A DNA stretch of 64,000 nt from NCBI GenBank assembly GCA_964616855.1, contig CAZTUJ010000002.1, positions 10,196 through 74,195 on the forward strand. The letters are read 5' to 3'. Shown one piece after another: positions 9,121 to 17,888 of this stretch. Source of the stretch: an uncultured Gammaproteobacteria bacterium. Its GTDB lineage: Bacteria; Patescibacteriota; Patescibacteriia; Patescibacteriales; UBA12465. Below the pieces are notes generated by a model. That model was not told the origin of the DNA. It was given only the letters and a program-made list of their open reading frames with translations, and made no database searches. Each line of letters opens with the position of its first letter. Position 1 is the first letter of the stretch. A program made the translations under genes and the position numbers.

Positions 9121-9819
9121 CTAATTTTGCTTTAAAATATAGGCGTAGACTTTGTGTCGGTCGTTAATATAGGCTTGATTTTCATCAAACAAAACAACTT
9201 TTTCAAAATTTCCCGCAGGAATACCTTTTTTACGTAAAGACATATACTCATTGTCAGTTAACTCGCCAAGATAAACCATTTTGCCTTCCCTTACTTTTTG
9301 CTGAAGAATTTTATCCCTTTCTTGTTCTACTAAAAGCCATTCATTGTTGATTTCTTTTTCATATTTAATTCCTATCTCTGTTTGTATTTCTTTTTTTTCT
9401 TCGTCTTGTTCTTTTTGTTCGCGAAAACATATATAACCTTTCACCTCACCATTTTCACCCCAAATAGGAATTGTGCGGACATAGTATTTTTTATGATCTT
9501 GCGCAAAATATACCTTATCAAAGTCATCATCATCAATCATCCCGTTATCTTTATATTTACGAGGGAAATAGCCGAGCTCTTCTATTAATCCGTTATCAGA
9601 TGATTCTTTTAGCCAACGCGATGTAAGATCATTTTTTAATTTAGATTTAATGGGTTGCGCTTCTTTATGTTGTCGTTCAATTAATTCACCCATGCTAAAC
9701 TCTTTAGTTGGCTGATCCAAATTTTTTTGCAAATATTCTTCTGCTGATACTATTTCAATAGCGCTTTCTTTTTCTGTCGCGAAAGGGCTAATATTATTAA
9801 AAGGGTCTTCAATGCTCAT
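9121..9819 (-). CDS. Hypothetical cytoplasmic protein (acidic, Lys/Glu-rich)
   Basis: 232-aa ORF with ATG at 9817-9819. No recognisable motif. Confidence 0.5.
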   Translation of the reverse strand: MSIEDPFNNISPFATEKESAIEIVSAEEYLQKNLDQPTKEFSMGELIERQHKEAQPIKSKLKNDLTSRWLKESSDNGLIEELGYFPRKYKDNGMIDDDDFDKVYFAQDHKKYYVRTIPIWGENGEVKGYICFREQKEQDEEKKEIQTEIGIKYEKEINNEWLLVEQERDKILQQKVREGKMVYLGELTDNEYMSLRKKGIPAGNFEKVVLFDENQAYINDRHKVYAYILKQN

Positions 9820-9890
9820 ATAATCTTAGATTATTAATATATAAGTACTTTTATTATTACATCAAAATAGAAAATATTCAATTAAATCAT

Positions 9891-9921
9891 AAAAAATAGC
9901 CCCTATTTCAGGGCTATTTTT
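9891..9921 (-). terminator. Rho-independent terminator after tRNA-Ser
   Basis: tagccc/gggcta stem flanked by an A-run and a T-run. It shares aaaatagcccct...gggctatttt with the terminator at 7503. Confidence 0.55.
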
Positions 9922-9927
9922 AATCTG

Positions 9928-10014
9928 CGGAGAGGGGGAGATTCGAACTCCCGAAGGGCTTTCACCCTTGCCGCTTTTCGAGAGCGGTACTTTCAACCAC
10001 TCAGTCACCTCTCC
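9928..10014 (-). tRNA. tRNA-Ser (anticodon CGA)
   Basis: Reverse complement folds as a cloverleaf: acceptor GGAGAGG/CCTCTCC, anticodon arm CCGCT-CTCGAAA-AGCGG, long variable arm, T-loop GGAGTTCGAATCTCC. Confidence 0.9.
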
Positions 10015-10018
10015 CTGT

Positions 10019-10729
10019 CTATTTAACTATCTTTTTGATATCAGTTTCTGAGAGTACCCGGTATTTCCCTTGAGGAATTCCGCCTAAGCCCAAGGTACCG
10101 ATGCCGACGCGCTGTAGATCCGAGACTTTCAAGCCCATGCCCGCAAAGAGACGACGGATATGTCTTTTTTTACCTTCACCTAAAGTCACTGCCCAACGAT
10201 CTTCTTCGCGGCGAATGCTTTTGGCCGTCAGGAGCTCACCATCTTCGGAGCGGATACCTTCTTTAGCGCGGGCATATAAATCTCTTTCACTGAGATTCAT
10301 CCGGTCTTCCCCGGCTAGGCGCACTAGATATTTTTTGTCATGGCCGTAGCGGGGATGAGTGATACGATTGGCTAAATCACCGTCATTAGTTAATAGAATC
10401 AAGCCGCGGCTATCTTTATCAAGACGTCCAGCAATAATTAGATTTTGATATTGGGGCGGCAAGAGACTAAAAATATTTTCTTCGTTAGCAAAACGGCGAG
10501 TGGTACAGGTATAGCCTATGGGTTTATTGAAAGCCACTACAATTTTAGCAGCCGCCATCTGGCTATTTATTTTCTGGCCGCGGACCCGGACTTCTTCTGA
10601 GCCTTCCACCATCGCGCCTAGCTCTGCACGCTCACCGTCCACAGTCACTTTCCCGTTACGAATCAAGACTTCGGCTTGGCGGCGGCTAGCTACTCCCGCT
10701 TGCGCTAAATATTTTGTTAGGTAAATCAT
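10019..10729 (-). CDS. Pseudouridine synthase, RsuA/RluB family (S4 domain + catalytic domain)
   Basis: S4 motif LAQAGVASRRQAEVLIRNGKVTVDG and catalytic AGRLDKDSRGLILLTNDG. Start set at ATG 10729, just after the upstream stop at 10731. Confidence 0.85.
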   Translation of the reverse strand: MIYLTKYLAQAGVASRRQAEVLIRNGKVTVDGERAELGAMVEGSEEVRVRGQKINSQMAAAKIVVAFNKPIGYTCTTRRFANEENIFSLLPPQYQNLIIAGRLDKDSRGLILLTNDGDLANRITHPRYGHDKKYLVRLAGEDRMNLSERDLYARAKEGIRSEDGELLTAKSIRREEDRWAVTLGEGKKRHIRRLFAGMGLKVSDLQRVGIGTLGLGGIPQGKYRVLSETDIKKIVK

Positions 10730-10730
10730 A

Positions 10731-12092
10731 TTATTTATGCTTAAGCTTGATAATTCCGAAAACGGCAATCAAGAGCCAGAAGAGGACGGCTAAATCATTT
10801 TTAAAATAGGGGACATCAACGAGACCGTGAATAAAGATGGCACTCATCGCCCCAATCAGTCCTAAGACTAAAGCTCGCTGGGGTTTATCAAGATGTTTCA
10901 GGAGGCGAATGGCTTCATATTGATATCGGGCAATGAGCCACATCATTAGTAGTGCTCCTAAAAAAGTAATCTCCGTCCAAAAATTCAAGAAAATGTTGTG
11001 CGGGTACATGTAGATTTCTACCGGTTGCCAGACTTTCTTTTTATACTCATCATTCCAGACAACTTTGCGATACCAATCCGGATCATCATTCTTTACAAAT
11101 ATTCCTTCTTGATGAAAAGGAGCGACGGCTGTTTGATAATTACTGAGACCAGCGCCGCTAATAATACGCCCGTCTTTAAACATCTCTAAACTCTCGTGCC
11201 ATTGCTGGCGGCGAATCTGGCCACTTAGATCCATCAAAGTCGCTTTCTTCTGGACATATTGCCAAGCGGGAGAATAGAGGCTGAGCACGATAACACCTAT
11301 AGCGGCGGCGCTAAGAGCTAAACGGCGACTCTGTTTATTCGCTAACAAAGCAATAATGAAAGTGCCGCCGGCTAAACCAATGAGGGCCCCTTCGGAACGG
11401 GCAAAAAAGATGGCCGCCAGGGAAGCGAGAATAATCAGGAGCAGTAATATTTTTTTTAGGGCCGTCACTAAATTTGTGCGGCGGGGATAGGAAAAGAAGA
11501 GGGCGCCGAGCAAGAAGATAATGGGACCGAGATAGAGGCCAACGGCGTTAGGGTAGGAAAAGACGGAGGTGACCCGACGCTGGGAAGCTAAGGCCCAAAA
11601 ATCATTAAAGATAAAGAGTCCAGTAAACTGTTGGAAAATAGCGACAGCACTGACAACCGCGGCCGAAATTGCTAAAGGCCACAGGAATTTTCTGTCTGAG
11701 GATTGGCCGCGATTAATAATTACAAGATAGAGCAGGATTGGTTCTAGAAAATAAGCCTTAAAAACACCAAGAGCGGCATTATCAAAGCCGGCGATAGCAA
11801 GGCCGGTCCAAGCGGCGATTAAAATACCGATGATTTCCAATTGATAGGGATATTTACGGCGTCGTCCCTGCCAATCAGAGCGCTTCAGTCTTCGCCAAGG
11901 TTTATCTTGCCAAAACCAGACAGCAAAAATAATGAGAATCATCGCCTCGAGCATGGTTAAGGGAATCGGACCAAGATGGAAGCGGAGGAGATAGGAGGGT
12001 AAGGCGGCTAGCAAAATAAAAAGAGCCCAGTCCAAGCGGAGGACAGCAATGAGAGCGAAGAAAAATAGGCTGACAATCATTAGAAGTTCCAT
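10731..12092 (-). CDS. O-antigen ligase/polymerase-like (Wzy_C family) integral membrane protein
   Basis: More than 10 TM helices and a central FFARSEGALIGLAGG segment typical of Wzy_C proteins. Confidence 0.6.
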   Translation of the reverse strand: MELLMIVSLFFFALIAVLRLDWALFILLAALPSYLLRFHLGPIPLTMLEAMILIIFAVWFWQDKPWRRLKRSDWQGRRRKYPYQLEIIGILIAAWTGLAIAGFDNAALGVFKAYFLEPILLYLVIINRGQSSDRKFLWPLAISAAVVSAVAIFQQFTGLFIFNDFWALASQRRVTSVFSYPNAVGLYLGPIIFLLGALFFSYPRRTNLVTALKKILLLLIILASLAAIFFARSEGALIGLAGGTFIIALLANKQSRRLALSAAAIGVIVLSLYSPAWQYVQKKATLMDLSGQIRRQQWHESLEMFKDGRIISGAGLSNYQTAVAPFHQEGIFVKNDDPDWYRKVVWNDEYKKKVWQPVEIYMYPHNIFLNFWTEITFLGALLMMWLIARYQYEAIRLLKHLDKPQRALVLGLIGAMSAIFIHGLVDVPYFKNDLAVLFWLLIAVFGIIKLKHK

Positions 12093-12142
12093 ATATTTTG
12101 ATTATAGCACGAATTAGCTGGGCGTCTATTCGCTTCTGGGAC

Positions 12143-12183
12143 CAAAAACCGCCCCGTAAAATGGCCTGGCCATTACGGGGCGG
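12143..12183 (-). terminator. Rho-independent terminator of efp
   Basis: 11-bp GC-rich stem ccgccccgtaa(12149-12159)/ttacggggcgg(12173-12183), followed on the minus strand by TTTTT. Confidence 0.75.
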
Positions 12184-12199
12184 CTGGGTGTTTTGCTTC

Positions 12200-12760
12200 T
12201 TAGTTAGCTCTTTCCACGTATTCGCCAGTGTCGGTATTTAAGCGGATAATATCTCCTTCTTCGATAAACATGGGAACGTTAATCATGGCACCAGTTTCCA
12301 GTTCTACTTGTTTGTTGACGTTACCAGCCGAGTTACCTTTTACTCCGGGAGGGGCGGAAACGACTTGGAAGTCCATCTTAATCGGCAGGTCAATGGAAAC
12401 AGGCTTACTATTGAAATAGAGAACGTTAACATCAGTGCCTTCTTTCAAGAATTGGACCTTGTCGCCGATTTCATCAATATGGAGATTGAACTGTTCGTAA
12501 CTTTCATTATCCATGAAGTAAGCTTCGTCCTTATCCTTGTACATGAAATTAGCTTTCTTGCGCTCGGTTTCCGCTTCTTCAGCTTTTTCCGCGCCTTGAT
12601 AGGTGCGTTCCAAGATGTTGCCGTTAATCAAGTTTCGGCATTTTACTTTCAAGACGGCACCGCCGCGGCCCATCTTGTGATGATCAGTCTTTACAATAAC
12701 ATAGGGTTCGTTATTTAAAAGGATGACCTTCCCCATTTTAATTTCATTGAAGTTCAACAT
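12200..12760 (-). CDS. efp: Elongation factor P
   Basis: Full-length similarity to EF-P (186 aa). The tip loop reads HHKMGRGGAV with Arg at position 32. Confidence 0.9.
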   Translation of the reverse strand: MLNFNEIKMGKVILLNNEPYVIVKTDHHKMGRGGAVLKVKCRNLINGNILERTYQGAEKAEEAETERKKANFMYKDKDEAYFMDNESYEQFNLHIDEIGDKVQFLKEGTDVNVLYFNSKPVSIDLPIKMDFQVVSAPPGVKGNSAGNVNKQVELETGAMINVPMFIEEGDIIRLNTDTGEYVERAN

Positions 12761-12785
12761 AAATTACGCTGCTTAGTTTTTAGGC

Positions 12786-12998
12786 TTATTTATGGGTCGG
12801 AGCCAATAAGGCCATCACCCGGGCGCGTTTAATCGCCTGAGTAAGCTTGCGTTGATGCCAAGAGCAGATGCCGGTGCGATCGCCGGGTAAAATCTTCATA
12901 TAGAAGTTAATGAAGCGGCGGAGAGTGCGGACATCTTTATAATCTACATCGAGTTGATTGACGCAGAAAAAGCAGTCTTTTTGTTTCTTGTTGTTCAT
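12786..12998 (-). CDS. rpsR: 30S ribosomal protein S18
   Basis: CFFC...DYKD...LRRFI...ILP.R.TG.C...QR.L..AIKRAR pattern, 70 aa. Confidence 0.9.
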   Translation of the reverse strand: MNNKKQKDCFFCVNQLDVDYKDVRTLRRFINFYMKILPGDRTGICSWHQRKLTQAIKRARVMALLAPTHK

Positions 12999-13022
12999 AT
13001 AGAGTTTTGAGCTTTTAAATTT

Positions 13023-13463
13023 TTAGAAAGGAATATTTTCCACGCGGATTTCTTCTTCTTCGTCAGCGTTGATGACCGGTAATTCTTCTTCTTGGCGTTT
13101 CGGGGCGGGAGTGCCGCTGAAACCTTCATTACTACCGGCGCGATCAAGCATAATCATATTTTCAGCCACAATTTCCGTACGATATCTTTTGACGCCGTCT
13201 TGGCCAGTCCAATCAGTCGTTTGCAAACGACCTTCGATATAGACTTTAGAGCCTTTCTTAAGATACTGTCCGCAGATATCGGCGAGCTTGCGCCAAGCAA
13301 CGATGTTATGGAATTCGGTTTTTTTCTGTTGCTGACCGGCATTATCGGTCCAGGTGAGGCTAGTGGCAACGCTGAAGGAGGCGACATTTTGTCCAGAAGG
13401 AGTATTTCTCATCTCCGGGTCGCGAGTCAAGTTGCCGATGACCATGGCTTTGTTTAAGTTCAT
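13023..13463 (-). CDS. ssb: Single-stranded DNA-binding protein
   Basis: MNLNKAMVIGNLTRDPE OB-fold start and an acidic C-terminal tip ending in IPF. Confidence 0.9.
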   Translation of the reverse strand: MNLNKAMVIGNLTRDPEMRNTPSGQNVASFSVATSLTWTDNAGQQQKKTEFHNIVAWRKLADICGQYLKKGSKVYIEGRLQTTDWTGQDGVKRYRTEIVAENMIMLDRAGSNEGFSGTPAPKRQEEELPVINADEEEEIRVENIPF

Positions 13464-13515
13464 AGTGCTTAGAACTTAACTTTATAAACGCGCTTATAAA
13501 ATTAAGCAAATTAGT

Positions 13516-14034
13516 TTATAAGAGGTCTTTGGCGCTTAAGATGCCTTCTAATTTTTCATCCAAGTCTTTAAGGTCGGTTTTATTGCTCTCGTTCTTTTCA
13601 GTCCGAGGAGCGGACATTCCGGGCTTAGTCATTTTTTCTTTAACCGGTTTTTCTTCTTTCTTGTCATTCTTAGCCGAGGCTTGTTCCTGCTTTTCTTTAG
13701 TCTTTGCTCTTTCCGCTTCTGTCACTACCGGGATGCTGATAATCTGGTGGCGCAAGACTTCTTTGGATAGGCGCAGGGTGCGATCAATTTTAGCGATAGC
13801 TTCTCTTTCCGCATCAAACTCACAAAGGCTGTAATAGCCGTAGTGGTTCTGCTTGATGATGTAGGCTAATTTCTTCTTGCCCCAGAATTCGCGGAAAGCG
13901 ATGCTGGCGCCCTGTTCGGTAACAATGGCTTCTACTTTAGTGATAATAGTCTTCGCTTCGTCTTCCGTATAATTGTTGGGGACGATGAAGAGCAATTCAT
14001 AGCGACTTGGTCCTGATGCTTTGCTTTTAGACAT
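13516..14034 (-). CDS. rpsF: 30S ribosomal protein S6 with Lys/Glu-rich C-terminal extension
   Basis: YELLFIV...W G.KKLAY.I core, in the conserved rpsF-ssb-rpsR order. Confidence 0.85.
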   Translation of the reverse strand: MSKSKASGPSRYELLFIVPNNYTEDEAKTIITKVEAIVTEQGASIAFREFWGKKKLAYIIKQNHYGYYSLCEFDAEREAIAKIDRTLRLSKEVLRHQIISIPVVTEAERAKTKEKQEQASAKNDKKEEKPVKEKMTKPGMSAPRTEKNESNKTDLKDLDEKLEGILSAKDLL

Positions 14035-14229
14035 AATGTAACATAACGGGATTAAAAACGATGTAAGCTAAGCTTAACATTTTTTTAAATTCCCTTAATT
14101 AAACAAAAACCCAAGTATTCTTCAGAATTTGGGCTTCTAAGAATACCTTTAATTCCGTATTATTTAAGAACGGAATTATCCCGGCGCCATCGCCGGAACA
14201 TGGGAAAGATATGATAAATATTTGATTGT
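14035..14229 (-). promoter_or_regulatory. Long structured 5' leader of rpsF-ssb-rpsR with internal terminator-like hairpin
   Basis: Minus-strand hairpins are ccggcg/cgccgg, aattccgt/acggaatt and gtattcttagaa/ttct-gaagaatac. The last competes with gcccaa...ttgggt followed by TTTTTGTTT. A TGATAAATT extended -10 lies at 14236-14244. Confidence 0.4.
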
Positions 14230-14287
14230 GCCCCTAATTTATCATAAAGCTTGAAAAAAAGCAAGAGTTAGGGCATTATGGGGATAT

Positions 14288-15466
14288 ATGGATTATGCTT
14301 TTATTTTAGGAACGCATCCGGCCTGGTCTGTGGCCGAGATTGCTGCCGTTTTAGGAGAGCCAGGCTTGTTTTGGCAAGATGAGCGGATTTTGATTAAAAA
14401 AGACACTGATCTTGTGGCTGATAGCCTGATTAAGCGGCTCGGTGGAGTGTTGAAAATTGGGCAGATTGAGACTTTTGTGCCGATTGATACTCCTTTCCCC
14501 AAGCTAGCCAAGCAATGTGCTCAATTATTAGCCGAGAAAGCCGCTCGGGGCGAGGGTAAACTAGTCTTTGGTCTTTCCGACCAAGGAGTGGGTGGCCGTT
14601 TTGCCGCTGATCGTCTGGGTTTAAATATTAAGAAAGAATTGAAAGCCTTAGATATTTCTTCCCGTCTAGTGACTAGTCGTGAGCGCGAACTTTCCAGCGT
14701 AGTGGTGGGACAGAATAAATTACTGAGTAAGGGCGCGGAATTAATTTTCTTCCGCCATCAGCAAGATTTGTTTATTGTCCGCACGCTGGCCATTCAGCCC
14801 TTTAAAGATTTATCTCGCCGCGACTTCGGTCGGCCGGCGCGTGATGACCACTCTGGGATGTTGCCGCCGAAGCTAGCTCAGATTCTTATTAACTGTGCCG
14901 CTCAGCAGGGTTATGAAGGATTATTACTTGATCCTTTCTGCGGCTCTGGCACCATTATCACCGAGGCGATGTTGATGGGTTATCAGAATTTAATGGGTAC
15001 CGATTTGTCCGAACGAGCTGTCAAAGATAGCCGAGTTAATGCGGAGTGGATTCGGGAATTATATGGTCTGGAGGTGCGTCCTAAATTTCATATTAAAAAT
15101 GCTACCCGTCTTAATCAGTTTCTTAAACCGAAAAGCGTGGATACTATCGTTACTGAACCCTATCTCGGTCCTCAGCGTGGTTTAAATGATGTTGAAGCAG
15201 TTATTGATGAACTTCAAGTTTTATATACCCAAGCATTGAATGATTTCTATCAGATTTTAAAGCCAGGTGGGCGCGTGGCCATGGTCTGGCCGGTATTTTT
15301 TGGAAAAGAATTTATTAAGCCATCTTTAGATAAGTGGAAAATTGTGAGCGCCGTGCCGGAAAAATTTAAACAACTACCTTGGGTGAAATTAACCTATCGC
15401 GATACTTTATTATATCACCGTGAAGGTCAGCGAGTGTGGCGGGAGTTAATTATTTTAGAAAAATAA
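14288..15466 (+). CDS. Class I SAM-dependent RNA (m2G-type, UPF0020/Trm11-RlmL-like) methyltransferase
   Basis: SAM motif I LLDPFCGSGTIITEA and motif IV IVTEPYLGP. An N-terminal non-catalytic domain is present. Confidence 0.65.
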   Translation: MDYAFILGTHPAWSVAEIAAVLGEPGLFWQDERILIKKDTDLVADSLIKRLGGVLKIGQIETFVPIDTPFPKLAKQCAQLLAEKAARGEGKLVFGLSDQGVGGRFAADRLGLNIKKELKALDISSRLVTSRERELSSVVVGQNKLLSKGAELIFFRHQQDLFIVRTLAIQPFKDLSRRDFGRPARDDHSGMLPPKLAQILINCAAQQGYEGLLLDPFCGSGTIITEAMLMGYQNLMGTDLSERAVKDSRVNAEWIRELYGLEVRPKFHIKNATRLNQFLKPKSVDTIVTEPYLGPQRGLNDVEAVIDELQVLYTQALNDFYQILKPGGRVAMVWPVFFGKEFIKPSLDKWKIVSAVPEKFKQLPWVKLTYRDTLLYHREGQRVWRELIILEK

Positions 15467-15476
15467 TTATAAATTT

Positions 15477-16049
15477 ATGGGAGTCATTGATCATTTACCT
15501 GGTGGCGGGGCCAAGTTCCGCACTATGGCTGGTCCTGGTAGTTTTAAGGCTAAACTTAAATCAGCCGTCAAAAATACCAGCACTTTGCGTTCGCTTTCGG
15601 ATAATCAAGATACGATTGTGAAGGCGGTTCGTAAATATGAAACCATGATTCGTAAGGGTCACTTCGGCTTTAATCAGCGTAATTCTGCTCTCAGTCAGAT
15701 TCAGAAGAAAAGTCCGATGAGTTCCAGTGAAAAAATTGTTGTGAAAAAGATTCTTAAACACTTGAGTGAAAATACTACGGTTTCCCATGCTCATGTTAAT
15801 CGAGCGGATGAATTTGAATTAGAGGGTCCGCATTTAGCCAACCAACCTCAACTAGCTAATCGTTCCGGCTTAAGCAGTGTATCTTCACCAGAGGCCGGCG
15901 ATCACGTACTGGAACACCCGATGGTTTCTATCTCTCAAATGCAGCGAGAGCATATTGGTTCTGGTTTAGCGGGTAGACCGGGATCAAGCGGCGGTGCTGG
16001 TGCCCCCAAGAGCCCTAGTCGACCGCCAATGATTCCTTTGTCACGATAG
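15477..16049 (+). CDS. Hypothetical protein with Gly/Pro/Ser-rich tail
   Basis: 190-aa ORF 10 nt after the methyltransferase. No recognisable motif. Confidence 0.45.
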   Translation: MGVIDHLPGGGAKFRTMAGPGSFKAKLKSAVKNTSTLRSLSDNQDTIVKAVRKYETMIRKGHFGFNQRNSALSQIQKKSPMSSSEKIVVKKILKHLSENTTVSHAHVNRADEFELEGPHLANQPQLANRSGLSSVSSPEAGDHVLEHPMVSISQMQREHIGSGLAGRPGSSGGAGAPKSPSRPPMIPLSR

Positions 16050-16063
16050 CTAAGAAGAGTTAA

Positions 16064-16095
16064 TAAAAAAATCCGCCAATTAGGCGGATTTTTTG
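16064..16095. terminator. Bidirectional rho-independent terminator
   Basis: atccgcc(16071-16077)/ggcggat(16083-16089) flanked by A7 and T6, between convergent genes. Confidence 0.75.
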
Positions 16096-16112
16096 TTTTG
16101 CTTCTATTTTAT

Positions 16113-17177
16113 TTATCGGTTAACCAAGAAATTGCAGACATCCCCGTCTTGGACAACATAGTCTTTGCCTTCGGTGCGGATTAAGCCCTGTTCACGTGCT
16201 TTAGCCTCACTGCCGACATTAATGAATTGTTCCCAGTTAATTACTTCGGCGCGGATGAAGCCTTTAATAAAATCGGTATGGATAACCCCGGCTGCTTCCG
16301 GAGCTTTGGCGCCGTTTTTAATGGTCCAAGCTCTGGTTTCGTCGGGGCCGGTGGTAAAGAAAGTGTCTAGGCCTAGGAGTTTATAGGAGGCGGCAATTAA
16401 TTTATCTAAGCCGCTTTGCTTTAGACCGAGCTCCTGGATGTATTCTGCTTGTTCTTCTTCTGGTAGGGCGGCAATTTCTTCTTCCATCTTGACATTGACG
16501 GCAATGATTTCCCCATCAAGTTCCCCTAATTCCGGTATCGTTTCCAAATCGTCGGCGTTTAAGAGATAGATAATCGGTTTAATAGTCAGAAGGTTAAGAG
16601 TTTTAACGAAAGGTAAATCTTCTTCGCTAAAGGTGAGGGCGCGGGCAGCTAAGCCTTGTTCCAAGTGTTGGTAGATTTTATCCAAAATAACCGTTTGGGC
16701 AATCAGCTCCTTATTCCCGCTTTTGCTTTCTTTTCTAGTTTTGTCTAAACGTTTGCCAATACTACCTAAATCAGCTAGGATCAATTCCAGATTAATCGTT
16801 TCTTTATCAGATTTGGGATTAATGGCGCCGCTGACGTGAATGATGTTCTTGTCTTGGAAGTTGCGCACCACCTCACAGATGGCGTCACATTCGCGGATAT
16901 GAGCTAAAAATTGGTTACCCAAACCTTCGCCCTTACTGGCGCCCGCCACTAAACCGGCGATATCGACAAATTCAATCGCCGTCGGGATTACTTTTGCTGG
17001 CTTGGAGACCGCAGCTAGCTTATCTAAACGTTGATCTGGCACCTTAACCACGCCGACATTAGGGTCGATGGTACAAAAAGGGTAGTTAGCGGCTTCAACG
17101 CTTTTTTTAGTGAGAATATTGAAAAGGGTGGATTTGCCGACATTGGGGAGGCCGACGATGCCGATAGAAAGTGACAT
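16113..17177 (-). CDS. ychF: Redox-regulated ATPase YchF (Obg-family)
   Basis: N-terminal GIVGLPNVGKSTLFN, the TGS-like C-terminus, 354 aa. Confidence 0.9.
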   Translation of the reverse strand: MSLSIGIVGLPNVGKSTLFNILTKKSVEAANYPFCTIDPNVGVVKVPDQRLDKLAAVSKPAKVIPTAIEFVDIAGLVAGASKGEGLGNQFLAHIRECDAICEVVRNFQDKNIIHVSGAINPKSDKETINLELILADLGSIGKRLDKTRKESKSGNKELIAQTVILDKIYQHLEQGLAARALTFSEEDLPFVKTLNLLTIKPIIYLLNADDLETIPELGELDGEIIAVNVKMEEEIAALPEEEQAEYIQELGLKQSGLDKLIAASYKLLGLDTFFTTGPDETRAWTIKNGAKAPEAAGVIHTDFIKGFIRAEVINWEQFINVGSEAKAREQGLIRTEGKDYVVQDGDVCNFLVNR

Positions 17178-17271
17178 AGTAATTTTAATTTAAAGGCTGA
17201 GAGTAATAATCTACTACTTGTTTAACAGAATTAAGGATAAAAAGCAATCAGAGGGGGCTGATTTGGGTAAA

Positions 17272-17296
17272 TAAAAAGGGGCCCAAATGGGCCCCT
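17272..17296 (-). terminator. Rho-independent terminator about 95 nt upstream of the ychF start
   Basis: ggggccc(17278-17284)/gggcccc(17289-17295) stem, followed on the minus strand by TTTTTAT. Confidence 0.6.
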
Positions 17297-17659
17297 CTTT
17301 ATTAAATATAGAGAAATAAATAATAGGCCGTGCATTTGAGCCCCAATCCTGGTGAATTGTTTTCTTTTGGCTTTTTGCCAAAGATGTTTTTCCAGGACTA
17401 TTGGAGCTTTGCTAACTTCAAGCTTTTTCTCTTACCAATTCTTTGCGAGAAGTGTTTTTTTTGATTGATTTCGCTAATTTTCAGATAAAAACTTGATAAA
17501 ATTTCTTTTTTAGATTCTATTAAGTCTTTTTCTTCTTTTTGATTAGCGCGATATTCCCGCTCTGTAAGCAATTATGCTGTTCTTTGTCGTGTTAGCTCCG
17601 ACAAATGATCAAGATTTAGTGAAGAGAACTATTTAACTATTACTATTATAGCATGTATT

Positions 17660-17811
17660 TGGGGATAATGCAAGACTAAGGTTAAATTTATAGCAAATAT
17701 TAAATATATTATTTAATATTAGTAAAAATATTGAATAGTTTTCAGCTTTAAGTCTAGGTATTCCTAGACTAAAAATTAATTTTTATACACAGAAAACACA
17801 AGTTATCCACA
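17660..17811. promoter_or_regulatory. Cluster of DnaA-box-like 9-mers flanking a very AT-rich tract
   Basis: TTATCCACA at 17803-17811 is the perfect consensus. TTATACACA at 17783-17791 and the reverse TGGGGATAA at 17660-17668 each have 1 mismatch. The AT-rich stretch runs about 17690-17745. Confidence 0.35.
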
Positions 17812-17842
17812 GTTTTCTCAGATATATTTTTAAGGCTTTAAA

Positions 17843-17888
17843 ACAAAAAGGCTTTAGTCTAAAATAGATTGGACTAAGGCCTTTTTGA
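17843..17888 (-). terminator. Rho-independent terminator after tRNA-Cys (bidirectional shape)
   Basis: 12-bp stem aaggctttagtc/gactaaggcctt (one G.U) with A5/T5 flanks. Confidence 0.6.

Noticed and set aside
13092-13834. Antisense or alternative-frame ORFs within ssb and rpsF (121, 77 and 101 aa). Similar shadows occur in efp, uvrA-region, PilB, VanW, valS, pheT, topA, der and trpB.
   Set aside because: All lie wholly inside well-supported conserved genes. They have low-complexity or odd composition and no independent start signals.
17253-17300. GGGGCTGATTTGGG resembles the 5' end of tmRNA (GGGGCUGAUU...).
   Set aside because: No tRNA-like 3' end follows within the expected ~350 nt: no T-arm GGTTCGA and no complementary ...CAGCCCC-ACCA. 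The adjacent GC hairpin is better explained as a terminator.
17398-17571. 57-codon minus-strand frame (LLTEREYRANQKEEKDLIESKKEILSSFYLKISEINQKKHFSQRIGKRKSLKLAKLQ) in the large intergenic region.
   Set aside because: It has no ATG, only a TTG without an SD, and is below the track threshold. It could be a decayed gene remnant and is mentioned within the intergenic finding rather than called as a CDS.
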